From the NCBI GenBank assembly GCA_963662465.1, contig OY759599.1:7968001-8032000 (forward strand): a stretch of DNA of 64,000 nucleotides, given 5' to 3'. Below the pieces are notes generated by a model. It did not search any database, was not told the DNA's origin, and saw only the letters and a program-made list of their open reading frames with translations. Origin of the DNA: Desulfatiglandales bacterium (GTDB lineage: Bacteria; Desulfobacterota; DSM-4660; Desulfatiglandales; Desulfatiglandaceae). Positions within the stretch are counted from its first letter, which is position 1, and every line of letters begins with the position of its first letter. Positions 20,254 to 30,467 of this stretch are shown in pieces. The position numbers were made by a program, and so were the translations under genes.

Positions 20254-23241
20254 ATGAAGCAACAGTCTGAAAAAATAAAAAAACCCGGGTTGAGTGTCTC
20301 CGGGGTGGTGATGCCCCTGGCCAAACGGTGGCGGTGGGTGCTGGTGCTGGTCATTGGGCTGACTCTCTTTTTTGCCCGCGCAATCCCATCACTGAAAATC
20401 GAAAATGATCTCATGTACATGCTCCCCGAGGATAATCCGGCAAAGCGGCTCTTTATGGATTCCCAGGAGACATTCGGCAACAGCACGGGAATTGTTCTGG
20501 TAATAGAAACCCCCGAGGATATGTACCAGCCGGATTATTTAAATCGCATCAAATTGTTGTGCGACAGTCTGATCCAGGCCAATGTCCGTATCCTGGCGGG
20601 GCGAGTGGAGACCCTGCTTCCACTGAAAAATCCTCAATGCATGGTTTTGGCGGCCTATTTACAGTCAAAAACCGGAGATACCGACTTTACCGTGAGCGAA
20701 TTTCAAAACGCGTTGAAGGACCCGGAAGGGTTTCAGGAGACCCTGGAGGACGCCCTCCCCGATTTTATCCATGATAAGACGGGAACGGCATGTGAAGGGG
20801 CGGCCCGAACCCTCTGCGACGCAGTGACGCGTGATCCGTCAATGGCCGAACGGGTTCACCATTTGACCCAACAAACCACGGACCGGCGCGGGCACTATCG
20901 CAATTTATGGGTAGACCAGGTGGTTTCCCTGACTGAAACGGATACGGTGTGGCCGGAATTCACGGATCTCGAAGCGCTTCATGGGTTTGCGCAATCCCTC
21001 GACATTCCCGTCAACAGCGAGCTGGATTATTTTTTATCAGACATTCTGGAGGGCGGTCTTCAAGATGGATCGGCGGTCATAAACCGATTAAAGACAGGCG
21101 CTAAAGAACTGGCGCAGGCGGGAATTTCCCCCTCCTTTCAGGCCATACTGAAACAGCGGTTGAACCCGGAACAGGCAGCCGCCCTGATAAACCGGGTGCG
21201 CTCCGCGCCCAAGCAGATCCGCGTGGGAAAGCTGGTTCGATTTTCGGAAAACGGGGAGGTGACGGACCGGGACAGATACCTTCTCAAACTGCGGTTGCAT
21301 ATATGGGATTTTTTCAGGGAAGGGCTATTTTCCCAAGATGAACACAACGCGCTCATTCTGGTGAGAACGGCCCCCAATCTGGATCGGGATAACCGCGCCC
21401 TGCTCTTGAAGGATATGAAGCAGGTGTTGGGCCAGGTGTTTGACAAAACGCCCTACCACATATACCAGGCCGGAGAGCCGGTGGTGGATGAAGCGGTGGG
21501 ACAATTGATGATGGAAGATGTAAGCCGATTGCTGCCCGTGGTGATCGGCGTTGTCATGTTATTTCTCCTGATTTCCTTCAGGAACCTGCCCGGAGTGGCG
21601 TACCCGTTGCTGACGGTGCTGCTTTCTCTGTTGTGGTGTTTGGGAACCATGGCCTATGCCCATATTCCCATCTCAATCGTCTCAACGGTATTGCCCGTTC
21701 TGCTGGTGGCAGTGGGGTCCGCCTACGGCATTCATCTGATTCATTATTTCCAAAACGAACCCATGGGAGACTCCGACCGAACGGCAGCGGGGCAATCCAC
21801 CCTGAATGTGATCGGCAGTGGTGTGTTGATGGCGGGTCTCACCACGGTGGCGGGATTCGCGTCCCTGGGATTTAACCGGATCATTCCTTTACGGGATTTC
21901 GGGCTGTTCATCGGGCTGGGTGTTTTCTATGCCCTGCTCCTCTCCTTGACCCTGGTGCCGGCATTGCTCATGCGGTTCGGAATTTCAAAAAAAAGGCATT
22001 CGACCCCAACAGAAAAAAATAAACCGCATGCCTCTTTTCCCACCCGTATGTTGGAACACTCGGGCCGGGTTGCCGTCAAACGGCCCTGGACCCTGATTTT
22101 CGTCTATCTGGGGTTCATGGCCCTATCGGTGTGGGGAATGCTCAACCTGAAGGTGGAAATGAACAATATCTCGTTTTTCAAGCCCCATGCCCCCATTCGA
22201 ATGGCGGATAATTATATCAACCGGCATTTCGGCGGCACCGTGGGAATGAGCATCATTTTCTCGGGACCTTCGGATCACGGAATATTATCCTTCGAGGTCC
22301 TGAAAACCATTGAACGTCTTTCCGAGGAAATAACGCACCGACATCCGGAAGTGGGAAAAGTGATGTCCGTGGTGGATTTCATCAAGAAAATGAACCAGAC
22401 CTTCTTCTACAATGATCCCGGATTCTACCGCATCCCTGAGCTGGGGGATCTGGCGGGGGAAAAATCTCCCGAGGCGTTGAAACGGCAATACATGGCCTAC
22501 CTGGACAAATATGGAAGAACGGAAACCCGTTCCTTTATTGACGATGAAAAGCAGGAAATGGTTCTCACCGTTCAGATCAAAACCGGTTCCAGCAAAGTGG
22601 TGAGCCGGATTATTGAAGATGTGGCGGAACATTTGCAGGGCCCCCTTGGTAACCCCCTTCGGGCCGAAAAGATCAGCTGGCGCACCACGGGCATCGGGAG
22701 TCTCTACCTGGAAGCCAACGACCTCATTGTATTCGGCCAACTTCGTTCCATCATCATTTCTCTCGTGATCGTCTTCGTACTGGTGAGCCTGGTAATGAGG
22801 TCTCTCGCCTTTGGCCTTTTGTCCATTGTTCCCCTGACCGTAACGATCCTGTTCAATTTCGGGCTCATGGGACTGTTCGATTTCCCATTGGACGCCGGAA
22901 CCGCCATTACCGCATGCATCGCCATCGGCATCGGCATCGATTACGCCATTCATTATGTGAACCGCTATCGCATCTGCCGAAATAATGGATTGACCCACCA
23001 GGCCGCCTGTTTGAAAACCGCCGTGACCTCTGGCCAGGCCATCTGGATCAACGCCCTGGCGGTCACAAGCGGTTTTCTGGTGCTCCTGCTGTCATCCTTT
23101 GTACCGCTGGTAAACTTAGGCATTCTCATATCAGCGACCATGATCAGTGCGGCCCTGGGTTCCATGCTGCTCATTCCCGCGGTGCTAACCCTTCTTGAAA
23201 AAAGAAAAAAGGTCGGAACCGGCGACATGGCCGGAGACTGA
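20254..23241 (+). CDS. MMPL/RND-family transporter
   Basis: Two-repeat TM architecture; AVGSAYGIH, TTVAGFASL, GIGIDYAIH; start ATG 20254 after GGAG. Confidence 0.9.
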   Translation: MKQQSEKIKKPGLSVSGVVMPLAKRWRWVLVLVIGLTLFFARAIPSLKIENDLMYMLPEDNPAKRLFMDSQETFGNSTGIVLVIETPEDMYQPDYLNRIKLLCDSLIQANVRILAGRVETLLPLKNPQCMVLAAYLQSKTGDTDFTVSEFQNALKDPEGFQETLEDALPDFIHDKTGTACEGAARTLCDAVTRDPSMAERVHHLTQQTTDRRGHYRNLWVDQVVSLTETDTVWPEFTDLEALHGFAQSLDIPVNSELDYFLSDILEGGLQDGSAVINRLKTGAKELAQAGISPSFQAILKQRLNPEQAAALINRVRSAPKQIRVGKLVRFSENGEVTDRDRYLLKLRLHIWDFFREGLFSQDEHNALILVRTAPNLDRDNRALLLKDMKQVLGQVFDKTPYHIYQAGEPVVDEAVGQLMMEDVSRLLPVVIGVVMLFLLISFRNLPGVAYPLLTVLLSLLWCLGTMAYAHIPISIVSTVLPVLLVAVGSAYGIHLIHYFQNEPMGDSDRTAAGQSTLNVIGSGVLMAGLTTVAGFASLGFNRIIPLRDFGLFIGLGVFYALLLSLTLVPALLMRFGISKKRHSTPTEKNKPHASFPTRMLEHSGRVAVKRPWTLIFVYLGFMALSVWGMLNLKVEMNNISFFKPHAPIRMADNYINRHFGGTVGMSIIFSGPSDHGILSFEVLKTIERLSEEITHRHPEVGKVMSVVDFIKKMNQTFFYNDPGFYRIPELGDLAGEKSPEALKRQYMAYLDKYGRTETRSFIDDEKQEMVLTVQIKTGSSKVVSRIIEDVAEHLQGPLGNPLRAEKISWRTTGIGSLYLEANDLIVFGQLRSIIISLVIVFVLVSLVMRSLAFGLLSIVPLTVTILFNFGLMGLFDFPLDAGTAITACIAIGIGIDYAIHYVNRYRICRNNGLTHQAACLKTAVTSGQAIWINALAVTSGFLVLLLSSFVPLVNLGILISATMISAALGSMLLIPAVLTLLEKRKKVGTGDMAGD

Positions 23242-23279
23242 TAAAATTTTAAAACCTAAACAAAGAAAGGAGAAACAGT

Positions 23280-24092
23280 ATGAAACATTTTTTAAGGATT
23301 ATCCTGTTGGCCATTATTATAGGACCCCTTAACGGGTGGTGCGCACAAATCGGCCCTTACGATAGCGCCGGAAGCGCCGAAGACGGTCGGATGATTGCCG
23401 AGGCCGCAAAGAATGTCAATCGGCCCGCCCAAGACCTCCTCATAAAGGGGGTTATGACCCTGAAATCAGGCGACAAGACGGCGGATGTTCGAAAAGTGAT
23501 CATTAAACAAAAAACCAGTGGAAATCTCATTCGCGCCATGTTTCGTTTTATGGATTCCCTCAAGCGGGGTGTGACATTTTTGACCATCGAGATCGATGGC
23601 CCGGACAATGACCAGTATCTCTACATTCCCGCCCTGGAGCGGCCCAGAAAAGTGGCCTCCAGTGATCGTCAGAATGATTTCGAAGACACGGATTTTACCA
23701 ATGAGGACCTGGGGGCGCGAAAGATCGACGACTATGACTATCAGCGTCGAAAGGACGTCAAAATGGGAGATCGCCTCTGCTACAAAGTGATCGCCCGATC
23801 CAAGGATGCCGCCGCCAGGTTTCCCAAACATATTTCATGGATCGACCAGGAAACGTTCATACCGGTTCAGGTAAAAGTCTATGGCCGAGACAACCAGCTG
23901 GAACGAGTCATGGTGGCCGGCAATATCGAGGCCGTCGGCAACATTCATATTCCCTTTAAGACCGTGTCAAAAGATCTCAAGCGAGACCATACCACCATTT
24001 TAAAGGTGGTGTCCGCCCAGGCTGACACGGGTCTGGACGTCCATGAATTCAATAAAGACCAAATGGGAGAGACATGGAAAGCGTCCTTTTAA
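23280..24092 (+). CDS. LolA-like outer-membrane lipoprotein-sorting family protein
   Basis: GVTFL...DQYLYIPAL..PRKVA...FEDTDFTNEDL; signal peptide. Confidence 0.85.
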   Translation: MKHFLRIILLAIIIGPLNGWCAQIGPYDSAGSAEDGRMIAEAAKNVNRPAQDLLIKGVMTLKSGDKTADVRKVIIKQKTSGNLIRAMFRFMDSLKRGVTFLTIEIDGPDNDQYLYIPALERPRKVASSDRQNDFEDTDFTNEDLGARKIDDYDYQRRKDVKMGDRLCYKVIARSKDAAARFPKHISWIDQETFIPVQVKVYGRDNQLERVMVAGNIEAVGNIHIPFKTVSKDLKRDHTTILKVVSAQADTGLDVHEFNKDQMGETWKASF

Positions 24093-24100
24093 ACCGGCCC

Positions 24101-25648
24101 ATGAAACGAGTGGCAGCGACGGAAATATTTTTCATAACCCTGCTCCTGGCGGTGATGTTTTTCATGAGCATCCCTTTTGTCATGGCCGGAGAAATCCGGA
24201 GGGATAGTGCGCCCGACGCCCCATCTCTCCAATCTTCTCCCTTACAACCCCGGCAAAAAGATGGGCTTGTAAATGGGGAAGACGAAGAAAACGAGGCGGA
24301 AACATCCGAAGATAATGCTTTTTCAGATCTCCTTGGGGAGGAGGGGGCGGCCCCCGCATCCATTGAACTGGAAGAAAGACCCTATGGCGTTTTTTTCGAA
24401 GGCGAATTGAGAAGTGCCGTCTGGTATCAGACCCACGAACCGAACCAGTGGCTCACCGCCAATCGACTGGACCTGGAAGCGGAACGTCCCTTTGGGGATC
24501 TGATGCTCGCCGCCAAATTCAGAATGGACTATGAAAACCTGGAAAACGAAAACCACGTGGAAATGGATTTCCGAGAATTGCTTGCGGATTATCGTTTCAG
24601 GCCCGAAGCAATGGCCTATCTGGATGTGTCGGTGGGCAAACGGATGATCTACTGGGGAAAAGGGGATGAAATCCGCCCCCTGGATCGAGTGTGCCCGGAA
24701 GATCTGACGGCGTTTTATTATTACGACAAAAATGACCGAAAAACCGGCATCCGAGGCCTGTTCGTGGATGCGGCGTTTCACGAAAAGCTGCGCCTGGAAG
24801 CATTCTGGTCGCCCTATTTTGAAAAATCCAGGATTCCCGGACCGGGAAGTTACTTTGAACCGGCCGCCATGAAAACATTTGTGGATGCGGGCGGAGTTCT
24901 GGGCGATGATCAATCCAACGGGTGGCAAAGCGACGCGGCGCTAGGGGGAAGACTTCTGTTTTCAGTGGCCAAAACCGATGTGGGGCTCTATGCCTATCGC
25001 GGTATCGATCCCAACCCGACCTATGGGGTCTCAAAAATTGTCACGGCGGTTCCCATCCCTTTTCCGCCCTATGTTATGCCCATAGACCCCACCCCCGTTG
25101 AAATAACCCCCTTTCATCCCAAAGTCACCATGCTGGGGTTCGACTTTGAACGGGTATTCGGCCCCACCGTTCTGAGGGGCGAAGTAGCGTACCTGCCCCA
25201 GGGATATTACACCGCCGTGAAGTGGCGGGATCAAGCGGATCTTCTCTATCAATATCCCAGCGGCCTCAAGGAAACCCGCCCCTTCCAGTATCTGGTGGGC
25301 ATTGACAAAAATGATCTCTTTGTTCACAATCTCTTTCTGAATATCCAGTATGTAGGGGCCTTTATTTCCGATTATGACAATAATCTGGATGCGAATCAAT
25401 TCACCCACGGCATGACCTGCACCGTCCGGTATTCATTCATGGACTCACGCTTTCAAACCCGATGGCGACTTTTTGGAAACCTGACGGACGGGGATTATCG
25501 GAACCTGCTGGAGTTTTCCTATAAGCCCGTCAATTGGGCCATGATATCGGTGGGAGGCATCTGGTACGGCGGAGGAGATAAAACGGATTCCTTTGGACAA
25601 TATGACAACAATGATTTTATTTATACACAGTTGAAAATAATTTTTTAG
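24101..25648 (+). CDS. Outer-membrane beta-barrel (DUF1302-like)
   Basis: Signal peptide, GKRMIYWGKGD, C-terminal FGQYDNNDFIYTQLKIIF; usual partner of MMPL plus LolA-like genes. Confidence 0.7.
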   Translation: MKRVAATEIFFITLLLAVMFFMSIPFVMAGEIRRDSAPDAPSLQSSPLQPRQKDGLVNGEDEENEAETSEDNAFSDLLGEEGAAPASIELEERPYGVFFEGELRSAVWYQTHEPNQWLTANRLDLEAERPFGDLMLAAKFRMDYENLENENHVEMDFRELLADYRFRPEAMAYLDVSVGKRMIYWGKGDEIRPLDRVCPEDLTAFYYYDKNDRKTGIRGLFVDAAFHEKLRLEAFWSPYFEKSRIPGPGSYFEPAAMKTFVDAGGVLGDDQSNGWQSDAALGGRLLFSVAKTDVGLYAYRGIDPNPTYGVSKIVTAVPIPFPPYVMPIDPTPVEITPFHPKVTMLGFDFERVFGPTVLRGEVAYLPQGYYTAVKWRDQADLLYQYPSGLKETRPFQYLVGIDKNDLFVHNLFLNIQYVGAFISDYDNNLDANQFTHGMTCTVRYSFMDSRFQTRWRLFGNLTDGDYRNLLEFSYKPVNWAMISVGGIWYGGGDKTDSFGQYDNNDFIYTQLKIIF

Positions 25649-25710
25649 CACGTCCATTTTAATATTGTTGGTGAGTCATTGCGCGAATCCAGACCGTTGG
25701 ACCAAATCCA

Positions 25711-27333
25711 TCACAGGATAAAGTTCGTTGAAAGAAATCGGGATTTGCGCTCCGTCAAAATGGCGTTGATCATCTTTCGATTGGCATCGGTCTCCTTGGC
25801 CGCCACAAGGGTCCGAATGGTGAAAACCCTCAGCGCATCCGAAACCGACAGAGTGCCTTCCGCCGAGTCTTTTCGGCCGGTGAAGGGAAACGTGTCGGGA
25901 CCCCGCTGGCACTGACTATTGATGTTGACCCGGCATACCTGATTAACCATGACGTCTATGAAGTCGGCCATGAGATCCGGGTCGCTTCCAAAAAGACTCA
26001 CCTGCTGCCCGTAGTCGGATTGCGTCACATAATCCATGGGTTCCTTGATATCCGTGAACGGGGCAATGGGGACCACCGGTCCGAACTGCTCCTCTTTGTA
26101 CAACCGCATGTCGGGACCAACGGGATACACCACTGCCGGAGACATGAAGGTGTGCGTCACCATTCCGCCGTTTTTATTCACGACCCGTGCGCCTTTGGCG
26201 AGAGCATCATCAATCAATTCAGTCAAATAGTCCGTCTTACCCGGTTCCGGCAGGGGTGTAATCCGAACCCCTTCATCCCAGGGCATTCCCCCCTTGAGTT
26301 CATGGACGGCGGCGGTGAATTTCGCGATGAAGGCATCTGCACTCTCCGCCTGGACAAAAAGCATCTTGAGGGCCGTGCAACGCTGACCATTATAAGACAG
26401 GGCGCCCAGCACACATTCCTTCACCGCATTGTCCAGGTCCGCATCCCGCAAAACAATGCCGGCATTCTTGGCTTCGAGTCCAAGGATGCAACGCAGACGA
26501 TGCGGCTTCGGATGTTGTTTTTTCAGAACGTCGGCAACCCGGCTGGTCCCAATGAATGCCAGCACATCGATTTTTCCGGACTTCATGAGAGGACCAATGA
26601 TTTCCCGACCCTCTCCGTAAACGGTGTTGACAACACCCCTGGGAAATGAATCCCGGAAAGCCTCAAGAAGGGGTTCGTGGAGAAGAACCCCCAGTTTGGG
26701 GGGCTTGAAAATCAGGGTATTGCCCATGATGAGTGCGGGAATCAGGGTCGTGAAGGTCTCATTGAGCGGGTAGTTAAACGGCCCCATACAAAGTGTCACA
26801 CCGAGGGGCGCGCGACGAATCTGACCGATCACGCCATGCTCGATGACGAAACGCGACGACACGCGATCCAGGTCTTTCAGAGCATCAATGGTATCGCTGA
26901 TGTAGTCAACGGTACGATCGAACTCCTTTTCGGCATCGGGCAGTGTCTTTCCAATCTCCCACATGAGGCGCTTGACGACCTCTTCCCGCTGCGCCTTCAT
27001 CCGGCAGGCAAATGATGCCACATGCTTTATCCGTTCCTCCACGGACAGGGTCGGCCATTCTCCCCGGCCATAATCGTAGGCCCCGCAAGCAGCATCAAGG
27101 ACCTCCAGGGCCTGAACCTCCGTCAGCAGGGGATAGCTGCCGATCCGCTTCTGCCCAACAGCACCACCCGCCGCTGTGCATATGGGACTCAGCACATCTT
27201 GTTGCGGGCCGCGCCATTCCTTGATTTCGCTATCGCAGAGGTAGCGGCGCTGTTCCATGGGGGCGCCGATCCGGTATTGATCCGGTATGGCATTATCATC
27301 GGGAAACATCGAGACAAGAATTTCATCCGTCAT
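25711..27333 (-). CDS. gapN: NADP-dependent non-phosphorylating glyceraldehyde-3-phosphate dehydrogenase (ALDH family)
   Basis: PFNYPLNE, LGLEAKN, NGQRCTA, EEQFGP, RKDSAEGTLS. Confidence 0.85.
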   Translation of the reverse strand: MTDEILVSMFPDDNAIPDQYRIGAPMEQRRYLCDSEIKEWRGPQQDVLSPICTAAGGAVGQKRIGSYPLLTEVQALEVLDAACGAYDYGRGEWPTLSVEERIKHVASFACRMKAQREEVVKRLMWEIGKTLPDAEKEFDRTVDYISDTIDALKDLDRVSSRFVIEHGVIGQIRRAPLGVTLCMGPFNYPLNETFTTLIPALIMGNTLIFKPPKLGVLLHEPLLEAFRDSFPRGVVNTVYGEGREIIGPLMKSGKIDVLAFIGTSRVADVLKKQHPKPHRLRCILGLEAKNAGIVLRDADLDNAVKECVLGALSYNGQRCTALKMLFVQAESADAFIAKFTAAVHELKGGMPWDEGVRITPLPEPGKTDYLTELIDDALAKGARVVNKNGGMVTHTFMSPAVVYPVGPDMRLYKEEQFGPVVPIAPFTDIKEPMDYVTQSDYGQQVSLFGSDPDLMADFIDVMVNQVCRVNINSQCQRGPDTFPFTGRKDSAEGTLSVSDALRVFTIRTLVAAKETDANRKMINAILTERKSRFLSTNFIL

Positions 27334-27419
27334 TTGGGTTTCTCCATTTTGTCCAACATAAAAGTTCAGTCTTGCCTCAAAGCTTCTTTTGACGCCGCCA
27401 CCCCCTCACAATGCGCTTG

Positions 27420-27869
27420 TCAGGGGCGTTTCTTCAATTGACCGGCAACGGCTTGATTCAGCACCGCCTGAGCTTCGATAAGTTTTTCATACTTCGAGAC
27501 TATTTTATCGACATTCCGAGACAATATGGCCTTCAACAAGTCGCCTTCGATCTCAGCAACATCAATTCTGCTATAGTAATCCATGGTTTCTTTTAGATGG
27601 GCGATCACAATCTTACCCGTCAAGATGGGATGATTGTTCGTCACATTGGCATCTTCAAATCGGGTGCCGTGTTCCAGTTCCACCTCCAGACCTTTTTGAA
27701 AATCCTCCAGGGGAATCTCCATTGATTTCGTGTTGACGATATTGAGGATCATGGAGGCTTCTTCCTCCGAAACGCTCGGGTCCGTTTTCTCGGTCCAGTC
27801 ACTCAACCCGATGGCGTTGCAGACTCTTTTGACTTCTTCAATGGTTACGTATTCAGGCAGTTCCATCAT
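27420..27869 (-). CDS. DUF5661-like protein
   Basis: GLEVELEHG...NVTNNHPILTGKIVIAHLKE..DYY. Confidence 0.7.
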   Translation of the reverse strand: MMELPEYVTIEEVKRVCNAIGLSDWTEKTDPSVSEEEASMILNIVNTKSMEIPLEDFQKGLEVELEHGTRFEDANVTNNHPILTGKIVIAHLKETMDYYSRIDVAEIEGDLLKAILSRNVDKIVSKYEKLIEAQAVLNQAVAGQLKKRP

Positions 27870-27935
27870 TTTCTCCTTTCGAGGGAGGGGTTAAACAACC
27901 CTCCTGCTGTTTAATGGTTTGCTCAAAAACAGTCG

Positions 27936-29939
27936 TCATTCCACCGGCAATTGGGGTCTGGCAGCCCACTCGGTCCAACCGGCGCCGTACCATTTGACAT
28001 TCGTGTAACCCAGGAGCCGGACAAGAATAAAGTAGGTCTGGCTGGCCTGATGACCGGTGCGGCAATGGACGATAACGGGCGTATCCTTCGTGGGAATGAG
28101 CTTCCCATAGACATCCCTGAGCTCATCAACCGGTTTAAAGGCGCTGTAGGCATCGGTCTTGGCCACATCATCGGTAAAGGGACGATTGACGGCCCCGGGG
28201 ATGTGCCCCCCTCTGGCCTCCTCTTTTTTCTTGCCGGTGAAGTAGTCCGCCGGACGAACATCCAGGATGACGGTGCCCGGTTTGCCCACCGCCATCAACA
28301 TCTCTTCGGCGGTGACGGTGAAAGCATCCGGCCCTTTCGGGACAGGGTAGCGGAATGGTTCAACGGACGGAAGAACCGTATCCAAAGGCCGGTTTTCCGC
28401 CTGCCATTTGGGGAAACCGCCGCGCAAAACGGCATAACGGCCATGATTCAAGCGATCACACGCCATACCCGCCAAAGTGGCATCCTGGAGCTTGTCGGAG
28501 GAAACCATCACCACCAGGTCATCCGGGCGAATTCCCATCAACGAAAAATGTTCCGCCAACATTTCCGCGGGCAGCAGGGAAGACGGCGCCCCCCGAACCA
28601 GGCCTCTCAGACTTTCCGGGTTCAGGCTGAGGGAGCCGGGGATATGGCCGGTGTTATATTCGGGCTGAAGCCGTAGATCGAGGATCTTCAACCCTGGTTT
28701 TCCCAGATTCGCGTTCAGCCAATCTGTTTCCACCAGATCCGGCAGGGTCCGGGGGGAAAGATTCAAGGCACTTGATGAACCGGCGCCTGTGGCCGAATCG
28801 CCTGCCGGCATCTCGGGCGCCAGGAAGAAGGCCCGCCACGCATTGATTTTGCTCGTCATCTCTGGAGAAACGGGCGCTGCCCGCAATGACGCCGGTTTGA
28901 GACAGGTATTCAGGAATCCTTCCAGGCCATCGGTCAGGAAATAGACGTTGTCAAATCCCATGCGAAACAGGCTGTCCCGTGCCTGGGCCGGATGGGTCAT
29001 GCCGTTGGAATACAACACGATCAGGCCCTGATTCTTATAGGGAGCCAGGGCGCCGGGCAGATCCTCAACCGGTATGTTCACGGCGGATCGGATATGAAAT
29101 TGAGCGAATTCCCCGGGCGTGCGAATATCCACCAGCTTTATGGACTTGTCGCCGGCCAGCAGACGATCCGCCAGCTCACCGGGATCCATGTGATCCGAAC
29201 CGGCTTGCAGGCCTTCCAGCAATCCCGCCTCGTTTGCGGTGTCTGAAACAGGCGATACGGGCGCCTGATGCTGTCCCGCCACCGCAAACAAACCGAAGGC
29301 CCCCACGATGAGCACGGCGCTGAATGCCTTCAGAAACGGCGTACGCCATAACCGGCCCTCGCCGCGCCGTTTCTTTTCAATAGACTCCGATCCCCAGAAA
29401 CACCCGACCGCGATCACCGTAAAGAAAAAGGCAAAGCTCGCTTCGGAAACACCCAGACTGTCGTAGGCAAAGACAACCCCCCGGTCCCCCGCAAAGATCG
29501 GTTTCAATATCGGATACAGTTCGTTGTACAGCATGCTGCCGCCCACGACGCCCAGGAGGAAAACCAGGGCATCAATCTTCCCCGAAGCCAGACCTACGGC
29601 GCCCGTGCCGGGACACCAGCCGCTCATGACAAATCCCGCGCCGAAAATCAACCCGCCCACAATTTGCGCCGCATAGAGGGTATGCAGAAAATAGACGTTC
29701 TCAAGGGTCACAAGGCCGAATGCCTTGGCATAGCAGATGCCGAGCATGGCGACCACCACTGCCGTAAACATGACCTTCAGCACCGTCATGTCCCGAAAAT
29801 AAAAGATGCCCGCCAGACGCCGGGAACTGCCGAATCCCGCTTTTTCAAGGGCCACGCCGAAAGCGATGCCGATGAGCAGACTTGCCAGAAAAGCGGCGGG
29901 GGAATTCAGCGTTCCACTTTTAAAAAAAGTCTCAATCAT
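27936..29939 (-). CDS. YeeE/YedE sulfur-transporter domain fused to three rhodanese domains
   Basis: GWCPGT in TM region; rhodanese folds (HIRSAVNI, GHIPGS, GHIPGA); one active-site loop CRTGHQA. Confidence 0.88.
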   Translation of the reverse strand: MIETFFKSGTLNSPAAFLASLLIGIAFGVALEKAGFGSSRRLAGIFYFRDMTVLKVMFTAVVVAMLGICYAKAFGLVTLENVYFLHTLYAAQIVGGLIFGAGFVMSGWCPGTGAVGLASGKIDALVFLLGVVGGSMLYNELYPILKPIFAGDRGVVFAYDSLGVSEASFAFFFTVIAVGCFWGSESIEKKRRGEGRLWRTPFLKAFSAVLIVGAFGLFAVAGQHQAPVSPVSDTANEAGLLEGLQAGSDHMDPGELADRLLAGDKSIKLVDIRTPGEFAQFHIRSAVNIPVEDLPGALAPYKNQGLIVLYSNGMTHPAQARDSLFRMGFDNVYFLTDGLEGFLNTCLKPASLRAAPVSPEMTSKINAWRAFFLAPEMPAGDSATGAGSSSALNLSPRTLPDLVETDWLNANLGKPGLKILDLRLQPEYNTGHIPGSLSLNPESLRGLVRGAPSSLLPAEMLAEHFSLMGIRPDDLVVMVSSDKLQDATLAGMACDRLNHGRYAVLRGGFPKWQAENRPLDTVLPSVEPFRYPVPKGPDAFTVTAEEMLMAVGKPGTVILDVRPADYFTGKKKEEARGGHIPGAVNRPFTDDVAKTDAYSAFKPVDELRDVYGKLIPTKDTPVIVHCRTGHQASQTYFILVRLLGYTNVKWYGAGWTEWAARPQLPVE

Positions 29940-30465
29940 CCCACTGCCTCCTTACAAACCAGGCGGTCAAATAACCGCCCGTAAACACGCATATGAGAAA
30001 AAGCAGGCTTCCCGTCACCAGGACCGCACCCCCGGACAGGGCTTGCCCCGAAGTGCATCCGTTTGCGAGACGACCGGCGAAGCCGACGACAACACCGCCT
30101 GCCAGCGCAAACAGAAGGCGCTTTGGGGCAGGGCATTTGGCCCCGCGTTCAATCTTTACGTCAAAACGACGGGCCAGAAACGCTGAAATCAGTCCACCGA
30201 AGAACACGCCGGCCAGCATAAAAACAAGGTAGTATTTAAGAGGCTGATCGCCCCAGCCACCGAAGTATTCGGAGGCCAGGGTCCGTGCCGGGGCAATGGA
30301 CAATTCGATGTAGGCCCCCAGACGGGCAACACCCGAGGAAGCACCCAGGCCCGCCCCCAGTATCAGATAAGAGGCTAAAAGGGTTGCTCCGAGCAGGGCT
30401 CCCGCCAGATAGGGGTTCAGGTAGGCCTTTGGATTCTTGATGCCGTGAGTCGCGTCCTCATTCAT
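29932..30465 (-). CDS. YeeE/YedE-family membrane protein
   Basis: Four TM helices; RLANGCTSG motif. Confidence 0.88.
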   Translation of the reverse strand: MNEDATHGIKNPKAYLNPYLAGALLGATLLASYLILGAGLGASSGVARLGAYIELSIAPARTLASEYFGGWGDQPLKYYLVFMLAGVFFGGLISAFLARRFDVKIERGAKCPAPKRLLFALAGGVVVGFAGRLANGCTSGQALSGGAVLVTGSLLFLICVFTGGYLTAWFVRRQWDD

Positions 30466-30467
30466 GA

